64,000 nucleotides of DNA. Origin: Lama glama. Lineage: Eukaryota. The stretch's first letter is position 1. Each line of letters opens with the position of its first letter. The stretch is from positions 71,178,001-71,242,000 of the forward strand of contig CM052816.1 of NCBI GenBank assembly GCA_028534125.1, given 5' to 3'. This document shows positions 12,660-26,189 of this stretch, piece by piece. A program made the position numbers and the translations under genes. The notes beneath the pieces are model-generated. The model was not told the origin of the DNA, searched no databases, and saw nothing but the letters and a program-made list of their open reading frames with translations.

Positions 12660-13170
12660 TCTATCAATAGCTTCCATGATTTGGTATTCAATCTGGGCTT
12701 GTGTTTCTTCTAAAGTTCTCTTTCATTTGCATCTCTTAGGTCTGGCCTCACCAAGGCTCTTTAATAATCGGGATTCTCTACCACAGGGCTGGAAAGGCAG
12801 GCTTCTTCTCTCTGCAGGCCTGATTAAAAGACAGGTGAAGTTCAGTATATTTCAATAAGCCTCAACATTCCATGTCAGGAATCAATAGCCCTCCTTCTTT
12901 TTTTTTAGGGGTTATTAAATTGCAGCTGTAACATTAGCCTTCTTTATCTAATTGATTGTCTTTTCACAGGGCTAAGAAAATCAATAGCAGTCAATGGGAC
13001 TGCCCTGTTTTTACCTAATAGATGTTTTCTCCTAATTGGCTGCCTGGGTGGCTTCTCGGAGCTCAGTATGTTTTCAGAAGTCCACAGTATGTTGCAACCC
13101 TTGTAAACTATTTTACCCTGTGCAACAGTTATCGATTTTATAATGAAATCTAGAAAAATCAATAGCAATC
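12660..13170. promoter_or_regulatory. Candidate enhancer: homotypic ONECUT/CUX-type motif cluster
   Basis: ATCAATAGC four times (12663, 12881, 12980, 13158), ATTGATT at 12951 and TTATCGATTTT at 13129, all in non-repeat DNA; function is inferred. Confidence 0.4.
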
Positions 13171-15682
13171 AGGAATATAGATCAGGATTCCTAGGTACCT
13201 TATGACAGAGGGCAAACTCACTTTGCTACCACTTCAAACTGTGATCCAATTAAACATGTCCTTAAAACATTACATTTTCCAAAGACTTTGATCAAAGTCA
13301 CTTGATTTGTTGTCCAAGACCTGGCTCGAAAGCCAATATTCAAAATGTATAATTTTAAAATAACATAGCCTTTTTTAATGGACTATTTCCCTACAAAATG
13401 AGATAAATTGAAATTATTAAGGGTCAAGAATTTGCTGGGAAAAAAATGTGACCTTTCAAAAGTCATTATATACAAGATGTGGTCAGTTATACTAATTTCC
13501 TGAGAATTAATAATAAAATATATAATTTTAAGTGAAAAATGTATTTGGTAGACTTGCCTAATTCTTTACATTTAACAGTAAGCAGCACCACCCCAATATA
13601 GGAGAAACACAAGTATTTTCCAACTGGTCACGCATCACTGAATTCGTGTTCAAATTCCATGTCTGAGTGCTATTAGATTTTTGCCACTGAATCTGTTTTG
13701 ACCACATACCTGTGTAAATAATACAATGCTGTAAATCAGTTTATGCTACAGTCGAGTTATGAAGTTCTCAAGAACAACTGTTCCCGCTTTTAAAAATAAT
13801 CACAATTTAAGAGATATTAATATTAACTACTGCTTTTAAAATTTTAATTTCTCTTCTGAGAGAAAGAAATGGCTTTTATTTCTAAAGATCCAGAAGAGTC
13901 AGATTCTCTATATACGTGTTTTTTCACATTTGCTTTGCTCTTGCTGATGACTGTCATTTATTGCTCACTATTACACAGCTTAATTTTGGAATCTTATTTT
14001 TCTTGATATCTTAAATTCGAGACTGGGTATGTTTCTCAGATATAATTGCATTGCCCATTTTTATTCCAACTCCATGTGAGACTTGCATATCTGTATTCTT
14101 AAATCCCACTTGTTTTGATTCCTACCTCACAATAAAACAAAAAGTAAAGTCAGAAATTTCCACTTAAGGCCTGCCATTTTGTAAACAGTCCTTTTCCCTT
14201 GTTATTGCAACAAACTGGACATTGCCATTTTTTTTCAAACTAGAATCATAGGCTACAGGGCAGTTTTCTCACACATTCCAGATTAGTATGCATGTAGCTT
14301 AGTCATTATCATTCTGCAGTGAATTGACATGCCCTGCTAAAGTGTCCTCCCATTTTATATGCCTAAGCATGATGGGCATGGCAGTTCTGGAGCCCATGAC
14401 AGTCAACCCATGTGTGTGGGGCTCTGACATCACATCTCTTCTGCATACATCAATTTGACCTCAGTTCCACCAGTTCTTTCTCTATTATCTGGCAGATGAA
14501 TAGATAAATAAATCACATTACAAACCTAATGCCATTTATAAGAATTGGACTTTCATATGTACTGTTCATAAAGAAACCCAAGAAAAGATCAAGTCAAGAT
14601 CTTTTTTTTATTTCACCAAGCTTTGTAGAATGGGGGCAGGGATTGAGGGTGGGGAAGAACATTGAAGATAATGATACCTTTTTCAAGCCTAACAGAGACA
14701 AATGTCAAAGAAAGGCACTAAAATGTCAACCAGGCATGGCCAATAACGTCCATGTGCCTCAGAACATAATGCCATTTATCTAGTGTGAGTAAGTCAGTGT
14801 CCTCCCTTGCTTTGCAGCACAGACTAAATAACAGTGAAATTAACGAAGTTAGTCTCCCATTTGCTTTCCCTTCCCCTCTGGTGGCCTATTCTCCAATCTC
14901 AGGCACTCAGCACCTCGGAACTTTTCTCTCTCCTCTCTCCTATTTATAGATTCTCAGGGCAGAGCAGTGATAAACTGTTTCATGCTAAGTATGAATGACT
15001 GATAATGTTAAATATATCACCTCTCCTAAGCCCAGCAACTTTTAATATGGATCAAAACTTACTGCTAAGAGTGTAAATCAGTAGTACTGAAATACTCGAT
15101 CCCTGATACAGGGATTGGCATTATTTTTTAAGACTCGTTTTTTGCAAAGTATTAGGTTCTCATGGCATTTTTGAACTAAGTAAGAACATGGCATGTCTGT
15201 ATTCAAAAGGTTACAGTGAAGCATAATAGGAGTGCATAAGTATGCAGGAAACTAAAAATATGTAAAATTGAGTTTTAGATTACCAAGGATGCTGTTTTTT
15301 TGGCAAAGGTATCACAGCCACTTACAAATGTGTAAAGTGATTTTCACCTGGAAAAATTTCTGATTTGGTTATTGTATTAGGGTCTTACACATCATCAAAT
15401 GCATTAAAGTTTATGAGCCAGTAAGTTAACTTTAATTACCCAGTATTGCTCCTCATTTTGATAAGTAATCAACAACATAAATTCATGAAGCAAGAAAAAG
15501 AAAATTCTGCATGATCTGAGTATTTTGCCGTCAGTCTTTGACTCCAGAAGGTTTTGGCTGCACCTCTGCTATTTCTTTCATTTGTGCATGCAATATTCCA
15601 TGAATCCAACTAGCTTCACTTTTATCCCCAAGTTGATCTTAGCCCCTTTTTAAACAGAAGCACAACTAAAGTCTAAATGGAT

Positions 15683-15835
15683 TAAATATATGTATATAAA
15701 TACACGTATTATACATACATATGTATGGATATGTGTGTATGTATGTGTGTATATGTATACATATTCACCTATATGTGTATGTATATAAGTACATATATGT
15801 ATATTTGCTAACCAGAAATATGCACATGTATATGC
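15683..15835. repeat. Degenerate (TA)/(TG)/(CA) low-complexity tract
   Basis: Directly visible alternating purine-pyrimidine tract. Confidence 0.85.
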
Positions 15836-17986
15836 ATCTGTTGATACAGTAGTTGCTGTGACTATCCAGGCAACACAAATTTCAGCAAAAAGTTTGTTCC
15901 CCTTCATTTCCACTGATGAGCACATTAGAAAAAATGATATGATCAAGTTATAAAAGAATGTTCACAGTGCAGCTGCTGCTTCTCCATCTCCTCCTCCTCC
16001 TTCATTAACATCATCACTGTCATAATTATTGTTATAAATCCAATGTGATTATAGTTCTAATGATTAAGATGGTGATTTTGTGGTTTATTTCATTTGAAGG
16101 GCTGTAGTTATCTTTTAATACACTTTCTCACATCTCAATTAACTCAACTCAAGAGACCTCTTTACATCCCCAAACATAAAATATTTGTATCAGAGAGCAT
16201 GGGTAAATGAAGGGAAACACTCATCCTTTTTCTCTCTTCTTTGAGTGCCTATTTTAAAATTGGAAACAAGTATATTGCATTTTAATCCAAGTAATCTAAA
16301 CATTTTTTTGATTCCTGTTTTTAAACTTTTCTACATATAAAAAATGAACCATCGCTCTTAAACTTCTATAGCATTTCATTTTCAAATTGGAGAAGCTAAA
16401 TGTAGGTTTAAACAAAGCAGTTTTACCTGTAAGTTTAGTTGACAGTCTTACATTTAAATTCTTGCATGACAGATCAGAAAAAGTAATGATTCAATAAATT
16501 TTTATCTGTATTTCTAAAATAGGATATATATTATACTTCTGTCAGAAGCATAGAAGTTGGTGATTGTCTTGCAAATATTCACTGCTTTCTGCCCGACCAC
16601 AGTCTAAAAGAGGAGCTGGCCCCAGGGTCACCCTTCATAAACAAGGTCATGTGAAATGGCCAGAAAAGGACAAGGTGCACAGCCAAGAGATGAATGAAGT
16701 ATTTTAAGTGGAAGACCTCTTGCTCCCTCCACCGAAGCAAAGTTAAAAGCAGTGCGTTCTGTTTGGATTGCCTTCTCCTTTGCCTTTATGTACTGTGCTA
16801 GATGAAAGCCAAAAGTAATAGGAAAAAGATAATCATTAGAAAATCATGTGTATTATACTGAGAACTGAGAAGGAGAACTCTTCAAGAATGAACAAGAACA
16901 GGGATTTATCTGTGATCTCTGCAAATAAGCCAGATGATTTAGGAACTAAGACAAAATGATGACAGTGTAGAGGCTCAATTCTAACCTCCGCAGGCTGGAT
17001 TGTCACAGGTTATTGAAAAGCCTGTTGGCAACAACATAGTCTGTCTTGAGCTGGAAATAGTTACTGAATACAGGTCTCTCTCTGACAACATAATGAGCCA
17101 TAATTGTTACAACACTTGGACTTCACATGAAAATTAGAGTAACCTTATGCAGTATCAGTCCTGAAGTGGGTGTTCATGATTTTTAAATATTGCTTAGATT
17201 TTGCATCCAAAAGAATTATAGATCATCTGTCCAGCTGGTTTATCAAATGAGAACATGTTTGATCATTGCCCTCATCGTGAATGTAGGTGGCATTATTAAA
17301 ATCATGAAAATAATTTCTTCCAACATTTATTTATGTTCTGCTTATGTCACAAAGGGAACATGATTTCAAAAGAAATTCACAGCTTCACTGCGATACCAGC
17401 TGTGACAAAGACACCCTTTGACACTGTGTTGACGCTGTGTCTGTGTTGAAAATTGATCGAATGCCTCGTGGAAAACTGACATTGAGAGATGCAATTGAGT
17501 AATTGAAGATTTTAAAATTCTCCCACATTCTCTGAAGAATCACTTAATTTTTTAGAGATTTATTTCAATGTATACTAAAAAGTTAGCCCAACATGCAAAG
17601 ACAGAATTTCTTTTAAAATATGGAATAAAATCGAATGTTCTACAGAAACAGAAAAGTCAACTCTTCTTCAGTCTAGGAAAGTGATTGTTATCTGTCCTTA
17701 AATCCCTACTAGATCTAGTCTTCCTTGGTCCTCTTAGGGGTTACGATAAAGTGGGGAGAAGTGGAGATTGTGGGAATGGTGTGGGGGATCAGAGCAGGAT
17801 GGTGTGATATTAGGGCAAAATGAAATTCCCTCTAGGCTCTTATTTCTTGAGGGCAATCATTCTGCCTTAATAACTTCAGCAACTGATATTTATTAGTATA
17901 ATCTATATAATTTATGATTGTTTGAATATAATTCAAATGTTTAATATGCATGGTGTTTTGATGAGGTATCTGGGGAAGTTGATGTA

Positions 17987-18087
17987 TTCATTCATTTAAC
18001 ATATATGTACAGCTTAAATTCCAGGAGTTCTTCTAGTATTGGATGAATAAGACAAAGTTCTCACCCTCAGGAATCTTACATTGTAGA
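17987..18087 (-). mobile_element. L2 3' end
   Basis: TTCATTCATTTAACATATAT...GATGAATAAGACAAAGTTCTCACCCTCAGGAATCTTACA. Confidence 0.65.
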
Positions 18088-18949
18088 AGGTTATTACCAG
18101 AAAGAATATTAACATTATTAACCTAATCTCACTGTTTAATGACCATGAGCATGTCAGTACATTGCAGTCTCAGTTTTAGATTCTGAGACCTTTTTTCTAC
18201 TCTACTTGACCATATATTATTTAAATAAATGTTTATTAATGTATTTTAATATAATTATATATGCTGATATAATTATATATGTTTATATAATTCTCAGACT
18301 GGTGGCAAATGGTCATAAGCCAACCACCTGCCATAAATTCAGATGACTTTTTCTATTGTCATTATGATATTACTATTATAATCATACTTGCAAACCCCAA
18401 ATGATTTTAAATTGCTTCCCCCGTCTTCAATATCCCAAAGTTAATCATCCATCAAGAACTGCTATTTATTTCTATGAATTTACTTTTATATCCTTTTACC
18501 TGTTTAATTTGGAAGTAAACATCCTTTTCAAACTTCATTAACAAATTGCTTCACTAAGCTCCTAGCAAAACCCTGAATTAGTGTCTTGACAAATGCCAAA
18601 TGATTTTCTAAACATATTTTTCTTCAGACTATACAATGTAAAGTCCACCAAGCAACTGAAATTTTCCTTACTCTATGCTTAGCTACATTTCCTCAAATAT
18701 ATTCATTTTTCCTTAAATATATTAATATGCTCTATTTATTAATAACAATTTTTCTATCATAGTTACTGTAGTTATCTATCTATAACTTGTATACAATTCA
18801 ATGGAGAAAATTGAAAAGAAAATCTCCCCTTGCAAAACCAAAAACTTATCCATAATACCACTGTAAATTATAATGTCTGTTAATTTTTTAGTGAATCAAC
18901 TCTCAGTTTAAGTTCACACTTACAAAAACAGAGATCATGATATACATAC

Positions 18950-20141
18950 TAAAATTTTAAGGTATCATTTACATCAAATGAAATGCACCCATTTTAAATA
19001 AGCAGGTTAGGAATTCTGCACCCAGTTACAACGTGTGTGTTGGGGAAGGGGCTCGCCATAGATGAAGGACTCAGTCCTAAAAAATTTCACCCCCGACACA
19101 CATTTCAGTTGCTAGTTGCAAGTCCAGGTTATCATGTGTGCTTCTGACTCACTGGCTATAGACTCGGACATTCCAACAACCCCTCCTTGAGTTTAATTAA
19201 TTTGTAAGAGTGGTCCACAAAACTCAAAGAAACATTTTATTTACTAGATTGCTGGCTTATTATGAAAGGATGTAACTCAGGAAGAGCCAGATGGAAGAGA
19301 TGCATAGGACAAGATATGGAGAAAGGCTCAGAGCTTCCCAGTCCTCTGAGCAGACCACTCTCCCCAAATCTCCATGTGTTCACTATTCTGGAAGCTGTCT
19401 GAACCTTATCATTTGTTTTTTTGTGGAGGCTTCATTATATACATATGATTAAATTGATCAAATCATTGGCCAGGTAATTAAACTCAACCTTCATCCCCTC
19501 TTCCCTCTAGGAAGTTGGTGGGATGCTAAAAATTCTAATCCTAAAATCACATGGTTGGCTCTGCTGGTAGCCAGCCCCCATTTTAATTGCATTCCAAAAA
19601 ATCACTTCATTAACTTAAATCCAGTTGTGGCGAAAAGGGACTTGTCATGAATAACATTATACTCATTTTACCTTTATGGCTCTGAAGCTATTCCAGGAAC
19701 TGAGGACCAGAAATCAAATAGTATAACAAGAGGTGCTCCCACCATTCCTACCACTCAGAAAATTTCACGGCTTTTGTGAACTATGAGCCAGGAACTGTGG
19801 ATGAAGACCAAATATATGGACTATATGAGGATTATATTTTGGTCATCTGAATGACCAAACATATATTTCTTATAAATCACGGTATCACACAGGTTGATGA
19901 GTAATGACAATTCTATACACTCAAGCAATCATCATCCAGTCAAAATATAGAACACTTACATAATCCCAGAGAGGTCTCTCATGTCAGTTTTGAGTTAACC
20001 AACCCCTCAGCTTTCACCCAAGACCACTGATTTTAGTTACTATAATATAAATTTATCTTGCCTAGCATTTTGTATAAGTGGAGTCATACAATATATACTG
20101 TTTTATGTCTGGCTTATTTCACTTATCGTGATATTTTCTAA
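18950..20141 (-). mobile_element. L1MB/L1ME-type 3' end, split by MER21
   Basis: AAATGCACCCATTTTAA..CAGGT | CAGGTTGATGAGT..TGACAA..CAGTCAAAATATAGAACA is continuous once the MER21 is removed. Confidence 0.75.
19008..19889 (-). mobile_element. MER21-type ERV solo LTR
   Basis: The reverse complement begins TGTGATACCGTGATTTATAAGAAATATAT..TTTGGTC, as recalled for MER21; perfect 5-bp TSD CAGGT (19003-19007 / 19890-19894). Confidence 0.88.
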
Positions 20142-20770
20142 AGTTTTTTTATTGTAGTTGAGAACACTTAACATAAGATCTACCCTGTTAACAAATTTTT
20201 CAGTAAAATACAGTTTTGTTAACTATTGGTACAGTGCTTATAGCAGATCTCTAAAACTTATTCATATCCCACATAACTGAAAGTTTATACCCTTTGAACA
20301 GCAGCTCCCCATTTTCCTGCCTGCCCACAACGCCAGCCTCTAGTAAACACAATTCTGATCTCTGTTTTTATGAGTTTGAGTATTTTAGATATTTCATATA
20401 AATGGAATCATGTAATATTTTTCCTTTTGTGTCTGGCTTATTTCACTTAGCATAATGTCTTCCAGGTTCATCCATGTCATCACATATGGCAGGATCTCCT
20501 TTTTTAAGGCTGAATAATATTCCATTGTATGTATATAGCACATTTTCTTTATCCACTTATCTGTTATCAATTAGGTTATTTCCATGTCTATGCTATTGAA
20601 TTATTACTGCAATGAACATGTGAGTGCATATCTCTTCAAGATTCTGATTTCAACTCTTTTTGATATTACCCAGAAGCAAGATTGCTGGATCATATAATAA
20701 GCCTACTTTTCGGTTTTGAAAAACTTTCATACTGTTTCTCATAGCAGCTGTGCCTTTTACATTTCTACCA
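20142..20770 (-). mobile_element. L1MA9/L1MB-like 3' end
   Basis: GAGAACACTTAACATAAGATCTACCCT..TTAACAAATTTT, TGGCTTATTTCACTTAGCATAATGTC.TCCAGGTTCATCCATG and ATTGCTGGATCATAT. Confidence 0.85.
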
Positions 20771-20995
20771 TTAAAAAAATATTAAAATTAATGAGTATTT
20801 AGCAAAGTCACAGGAAATAAACTTAACATACAAAAATCAATTGTATTTCTATATCCAGCAAAGAACAATTAGAAAGTAAGATTGAAAATTAACAATACTT
20901 TAATACCATTAAAATAATGAATAATTAGTTTAAAATATATATCTAAACATCAACATTTAAAGGTAGAAAATATTACTGAAAGACATAAAGAAGAG
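20771..20995 (+). mobile_element. L1 ORF2 (RT region) fragment in sense orientation
   Basis: TTTAGCAAAGTCACAGGA..AACATACAAAAATCAATTGTATTTCTATAT.CAGCAA.GAACAATT. Confidence 0.78.
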
Positions 20996-22550
20996 TGTTT
21001 TATTTCATTTTAATTTTGAAGAGTAGTTTCTCTAGGTATAGAATTTTCAAGATGACTTTAAAAAGGTGACTCTTTTAGCATTGGTTTTCAGCAGTTTGAC
21101 TAAAAATTGACAAAGTATGGTTTTCTTTGTTCTTAACCTATTTGGGATTTTCTGAAGGCTTGAATCTAGAGGTCAATATTTTCATCAAATTTGAGAAAAT
21201 TTTGGTCATTATTTATTCAAATATTTTTTGCTCCATTTTCTCACTCTTTTTTCTTGAGGCTTTTAAAAAAACATGTATTTTAATTGTTTGTTTTTGTACC
21301 CAAAATGCCTGCTCACTTTTCCTCAATCTCTTTTATCTGTTTTTCAGATTAAATTATTTCTATTGATCTTTTGTAAAGTTCAGAGACTCTTTTATCTCTG
21401 CCTCTCCAATCACCTGTTAAGCACTTTCAGTGCATTTATCTCATCTTTTTTTTAAGAGCTTTTAGTTTTAAAATTTCCTTTTGACTCTTGTTTTACGGTT
21501 TGTATTTCTCTGCTGGTATTGCCTATCGGTTCCCTCATTAATTCTCTGACTATATTTTCCCTTATTTCTTTAAATATATTTATAATAGGTTTTTAAAAGT
21601 CTTTTCCTGCTAAGTTCAACATTTGGGCCCTCACAGTATTAACTGCTATTGAATTGCTATGGAATTTTTTTCTCCTTGACTCTAGGTCACATTTTTCTAT
21701 TTCTTTGCCTATAGTTACTGATTTGCATTGTATTTTGTACATGATATGTACAGAGATTCTAGTTCCATTTGTTCCCTCTGAAGGATGTTGATTTTTGTTT
21801 CTGTAGGCATTTCTATAACTGGCTGATCATTTTGAACTTTTTTTATGGGCAGCTCTGCAGATTCCTAATTCCTAAGTAGGAATTTTCTCAGTCCTCTCTT
21901 AGAGGAACTTGACCTTCCAAATCTATCTCCCTTGAAGATCTTGTCAGGATTTGATTTTAGACTCTGTTTAAAAAAAAAAAAAAGATAGAGTAGGCCTTAT
22001 TTTAGGGCATGGTCCTTACTGTTAATTCATAGCCTTTCTGGTTTCCAAGCTGTTTGCCCAGATTTTTCAGCTTGCTAAATTGTTAATAATGTCACCACTC
22101 TGCACGTGCCTGACTTGCCTTGTTCCCCAGAACCATTTAATCTATATGGCATCTGTGCTGTTCTGTTCTCAAGCACACAACAGCCATTGTCCGTTAAGCC
22201 TTATGTAGTTTTGCCCTGCACTTCTCCAAAGATTCACAGAAATGCCGCATGCAACTTCCTGATGTCTCTGTCTGCGTGGACTCGAGCTGTCTATCTGGTG
22301 CTTCAGCTCCTCCTTACTTTGTAGGGCTCTGCTTGGACCCTAGGTTTTTGTGTTATGGTCAAGAAATTGCCCCTGGTGAGATCTGGGTGATCGTAGAATC
22401 AAATTGTAAGTTTCTCATTATTTGAGAATTATAGTCTTGTTCGTCTGTCATTCCAATATCTGGAAACAGATACCTCATCTGTTTATCAGATAGTCTTGAG
22501 TGGGAGAGTTTGGCTAGTCTTAGCTACTGTTACAGACCAAAAAACAAAAA
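20996..22550 (-). mobile_element. Old L1 ORF1 and 5' region
   Basis: TTTTGAAGAGTAGTTTCTCTAGGTATAGAATT and TTTCATCAAATTTGAGAAAATTTTGGTCATTATTTATTCAAATATTTTTT are typical of antisense L1M ORF1. Confidence 0.75.
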
Positions 22551-22559
22551 AAAAAAGTC

Positions 22560-24000
22560 TATTGTTAGAGCATTTTTTCACTTGTCAATAGATGACACAC
22601 ATTTTTTCCATGCCAACATGATTTGTTTTTAATTTGCATCATATTCCATTACAAAAGTGAATTCGTTTATATAATATATCCTCTATATTTGGGGATTTGG
22701 TTAAATCTAACATTTTTTTAGTGTTTTCTATGTGCCTAGCATTGGACCAAATGTTTTACACAGACAAGCTCATTTCATCCTTGCAACAAATCTGTGAAGT
22801 AGGGGCACAGCACTCAATTTTCCAGATGAGGAAGAAATGTAGAGAATTAAAATAATTTACACAAAATCATCAAATTATTCAAGTGAAGCTGAGGTTTAAG
22901 CTTAATTACAAAATACTGCTTAACTCTCATGTGTTTAACTCTTACTATCAAAAATCTCTTTGATGGAGTTAAAAATAGTATCACATTTAATTAAAAAATT
23001 ATTAATACAGAGATTTAAATATTTTATAGTTTAACTGCCCATAAGTGTTTCAAAATCTGTGACTTGCTGGTTTATATAATTTACTTCATTTGCCCTGATA
23101 TATTCATGTTTTATTTGTTTCTGAGTATTCTCCCTGGATAAAATATTACCTACCAATCATTTCTTAAACACTACCTGCATAAGTTGATCATATTATAAAA
23201 TTATATAAACATTTATCTGTATGTTTTAGGGTATTTTTGTTTGTTTCATTTAAGTTTCAACTATTGATTTTTCCTTCCAACATAGCAGTTTCTTTAACCA
23301 GGCATTTATTAACTAAAAAGATATCATTGATTTAAAATCACAATAATTCATTTATAAAATATTTAAATATTTGTAGGTATATTTCTGAGCTTTCTATTCT
23401 GTTTTTTGTTCTAATTGATCATTTGTCATTAGTGTACAATAGTACATTTCTTTAATTATCTTAGCTATATGGTACATCTTAATATCTGGAAGGGAATGTC
23501 CCTTTTTAGTAATTTTTTCTTAAAATCTTGGAGATTATTTTTGCTTTTTTTCCAGATTTCATATAAACCTGAGAATAAGTTTGTCAAAGTATCTGTGTAT
23601 ATGTGCTTTCCTTCATATATATCATTCACTATTTTAAAATTCACATGTATCTGCCATTTTTATTTTTGACTGCTACAGTGAATGTGATTTTCTCTATTTA
23701 AATTTTCTACAGGTTGTTAATAGCATGTTAGAATGCTATTTCACTTTGGATGTTAATTTTATAACCAGTCACCTTACTGAAGGCTCTTAATATTTCTTTT
23801 AAATTTTAAGTTGATTGTCTGGATGTAATAAAATAGTTAATATCCCGAAATGAGAAAAAATATGTTTAGAAATGTAATTGTTTTAACAGATAAATTTTTT
23901 TGCTGACATGCATGCACTGGCTAAAACATTTAGAAAAATAAGTAATTATGGTTGTGATAAAAAGGTTGCTTTCCTAATAATTGGTTTTAGTCATTACGTT
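22560..24000 (-). mobile_element. Highly diverged L1ME-type ORF2/3' remnant
   Basis: T-rich antisense L1 motifs, e.g. TATTTCTGAGCTTTCTATTCTGTT and TTTATAACCAGTCACCTTACTGAA. Confidence 0.6.
22718..22930 (-). mobile_element. MIR SINE
   Basis: CTATGTGCCTAGCA..CTCATTTCATCCT..CAACAAATCTGTGAAGTAGG..ATTTTCCAGATGAGGAA. Confidence 0.75.
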
Positions 24001-25238
24001 TCCATTTTCATCTCCCTTCTCAACTCTATAGATCTGACACTGCTCTTCACCTGTTACCTTCCAGGAGAACCCTGCACTTACTACTCTTCTCAGGGTCAGT
24101 CACAACAGCATTGGTTTCCCAAAGCAGCTCAAACAGTAAGTCACAATTGATCTCAATCTCATTTGTGTAACATACTGATGAGTTTAGAGCAGGAGATATA
24201 TTATTGTTTCCCATTTCCTGTAGAATCAATGTGCCACCATGGATGAACATAACTTGGTGGAGCTCTCACAAATTAGAAGCTGTTCCTTCTGAAAAAGGGT
24301 ATCTTTAGAAGTCAGATTGACTATTCCCAGAAAGAAAGATTTTATTAGAATATATTGAAATTGTCTCAAGAATAAATTGTGCCTTTTAGAGAAATAAAGA
24401 TTGTTTTAAAGATGGAAAAAATTTAAATGTATGTTAAAACCACGGCAGGCCATAGCAGGCCCTCTGTAGGTCCAATGGTCCAATGAGAAATCAAATATGG
24501 AAGGACCTAGCAATGATGTAAGGAGTTACCTTACATGATAGTAGGAACACTCTGGAGTGTTGGTGTTGTTCCTTCCCTAAGTCAGTGGTACAAAGGACAA
24601 AGACTCCTTTGATTCTTTACCTCATGCAGGCTGCACTGACCACTTACCTTCAGCCTTTACCTCATGAAAAACAAAGGAACTATCAGGGGATCTCATCTGT
24701 ACCCTTGTAGTTATGTCTGGTGTATATTATCTGCACTGCTTTTTGATGATTTGATAACAAAGCAAAGGTGGAAAATCTTAACATTAAAGGTTGTCAATCT
24801 TGACACTATTCAAAGTAGGACCAACCTATTATTGTGAGTCCTAAATCAGAGCATTTGAAAATGTGATTTAGAATATTTGAAAGGCTTATAATTTGTGATT
24901 TACTTATGAAACTGTGTAACATGATTGTTTATCATTAATTTTACTTCTGCTATCAGGACATATGAGTTACTGCTATATTTTGAATCATCACACTGTCACT
25001 TAAAATATAATAGAGAAACTATTTGCAAATCATGTCCTACAGGGCTTATTAAAGGTTTAGTGTTCAAGGTCTATGACAGATTTTGTACATTTTTAGTGAA
25101 GACTTTTTTAGAGGGAATTTTTGAAATATTTGTGGGCATACTAACATTTAATCTAAATTTTTTCTCTCTACTATCTTCAGTTTGCATTTTTATCTTCACC
25201 AGGTAGCTGAACATGAAAGGGTAGACAGATGATGTAAC

Positions 25239-25725
25239 CTTAGGTAGACAGAATTGTGCCCCTACTAAGGTATCATGTCCCTGTGCTAAGCCCCATAGCC
25301 TGCGACTATGCTACCTTAATGTCAAATGGATGTTGCTAATTCAATTCAGTTAAAGATGAGATGGGGAGATTACCCTGGATTATCTGGCCCAATATAATGA
25401 ATTTAAGTCTTCAAAGGGGAGAACTTCTCCCTGTTATGACTGGAGAAGAACCATCAGAGAGATGCAATGTTGCTGGCTTTGCAGGTGGAGGAAGGGGGCT
25501 AAGAGCTAAGGAATGTGATGATTTTCTAGAAGTTTGGAACAACAAGGAAATGGATTCTTCTCCAGAATTTCTAGAAAGGAAGGCAGCCCTGCAGACACTT
25601 TCACTTTAGCCTAGTGAGACTGATGTTGGATTTCTGATCTACAGAGCTGTAGAATAATAAATTTGTGCTTTTTAAGCCACCAAATTTGGGAAAATCTGTT
25701 ATAGCAGCAATAGAAAACTAGTACA
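25239..25725 (+). mobile_element. MLT1D-like MaLR solo LTR
   Basis: GAGATGGGGAGATTACCCTGGATTATCTGG, GCTGGCTTTG.AG.TGGAGGAAGGGG, AATAAATTTGTG..TTTTAAGCCAC; ends GCAGCAATAGAAAACTAGTACA. Confidence 0.9.
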
Positions 25726-26189
25726 CTACTATCAATGGAAAGTGTACTAAATTTATTTAACAATTGCTCAACATATATCCCCAACTTTATTATCATAAAA
25801 TTAAAATATTTAATACTATTATTTTAATTTCCTTAGAATGTGGGTCTTTCATCATAAACCTTCATTACACTTCTGACAGGTGCCTACTACACTGAGTAAC
25901 TACTTGCTGTATAAATATATGTGTGTACACACAGGTGAGCATATATGTATTTACAGATTTTGCTTTTTGATTAGACTTCATTTAAAATGTAAAAGATCAA
26001 GGACACTTTTAAGAAAGCTATTCTCAGAACACTTTGACTCTATAGCCTACATAATACTGGGCAATGGGGAATTTTGTCATGTATGGCTACCCAATATCTT
26101 TAAATGTATTTCTCTTGTTTTTGTAATTTCCTATGTTCCCAATGCAGAACCTAGAATATGTTAATCTACAGATTTCCTTAAAGCTGGTG

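Noticed and set aside
19838..19859. Inverted repeat TTTGGTCAT-ctga-ATGACCAAA
   Set aside because: Internal to the MER21 LTR and probably a subfamily feature
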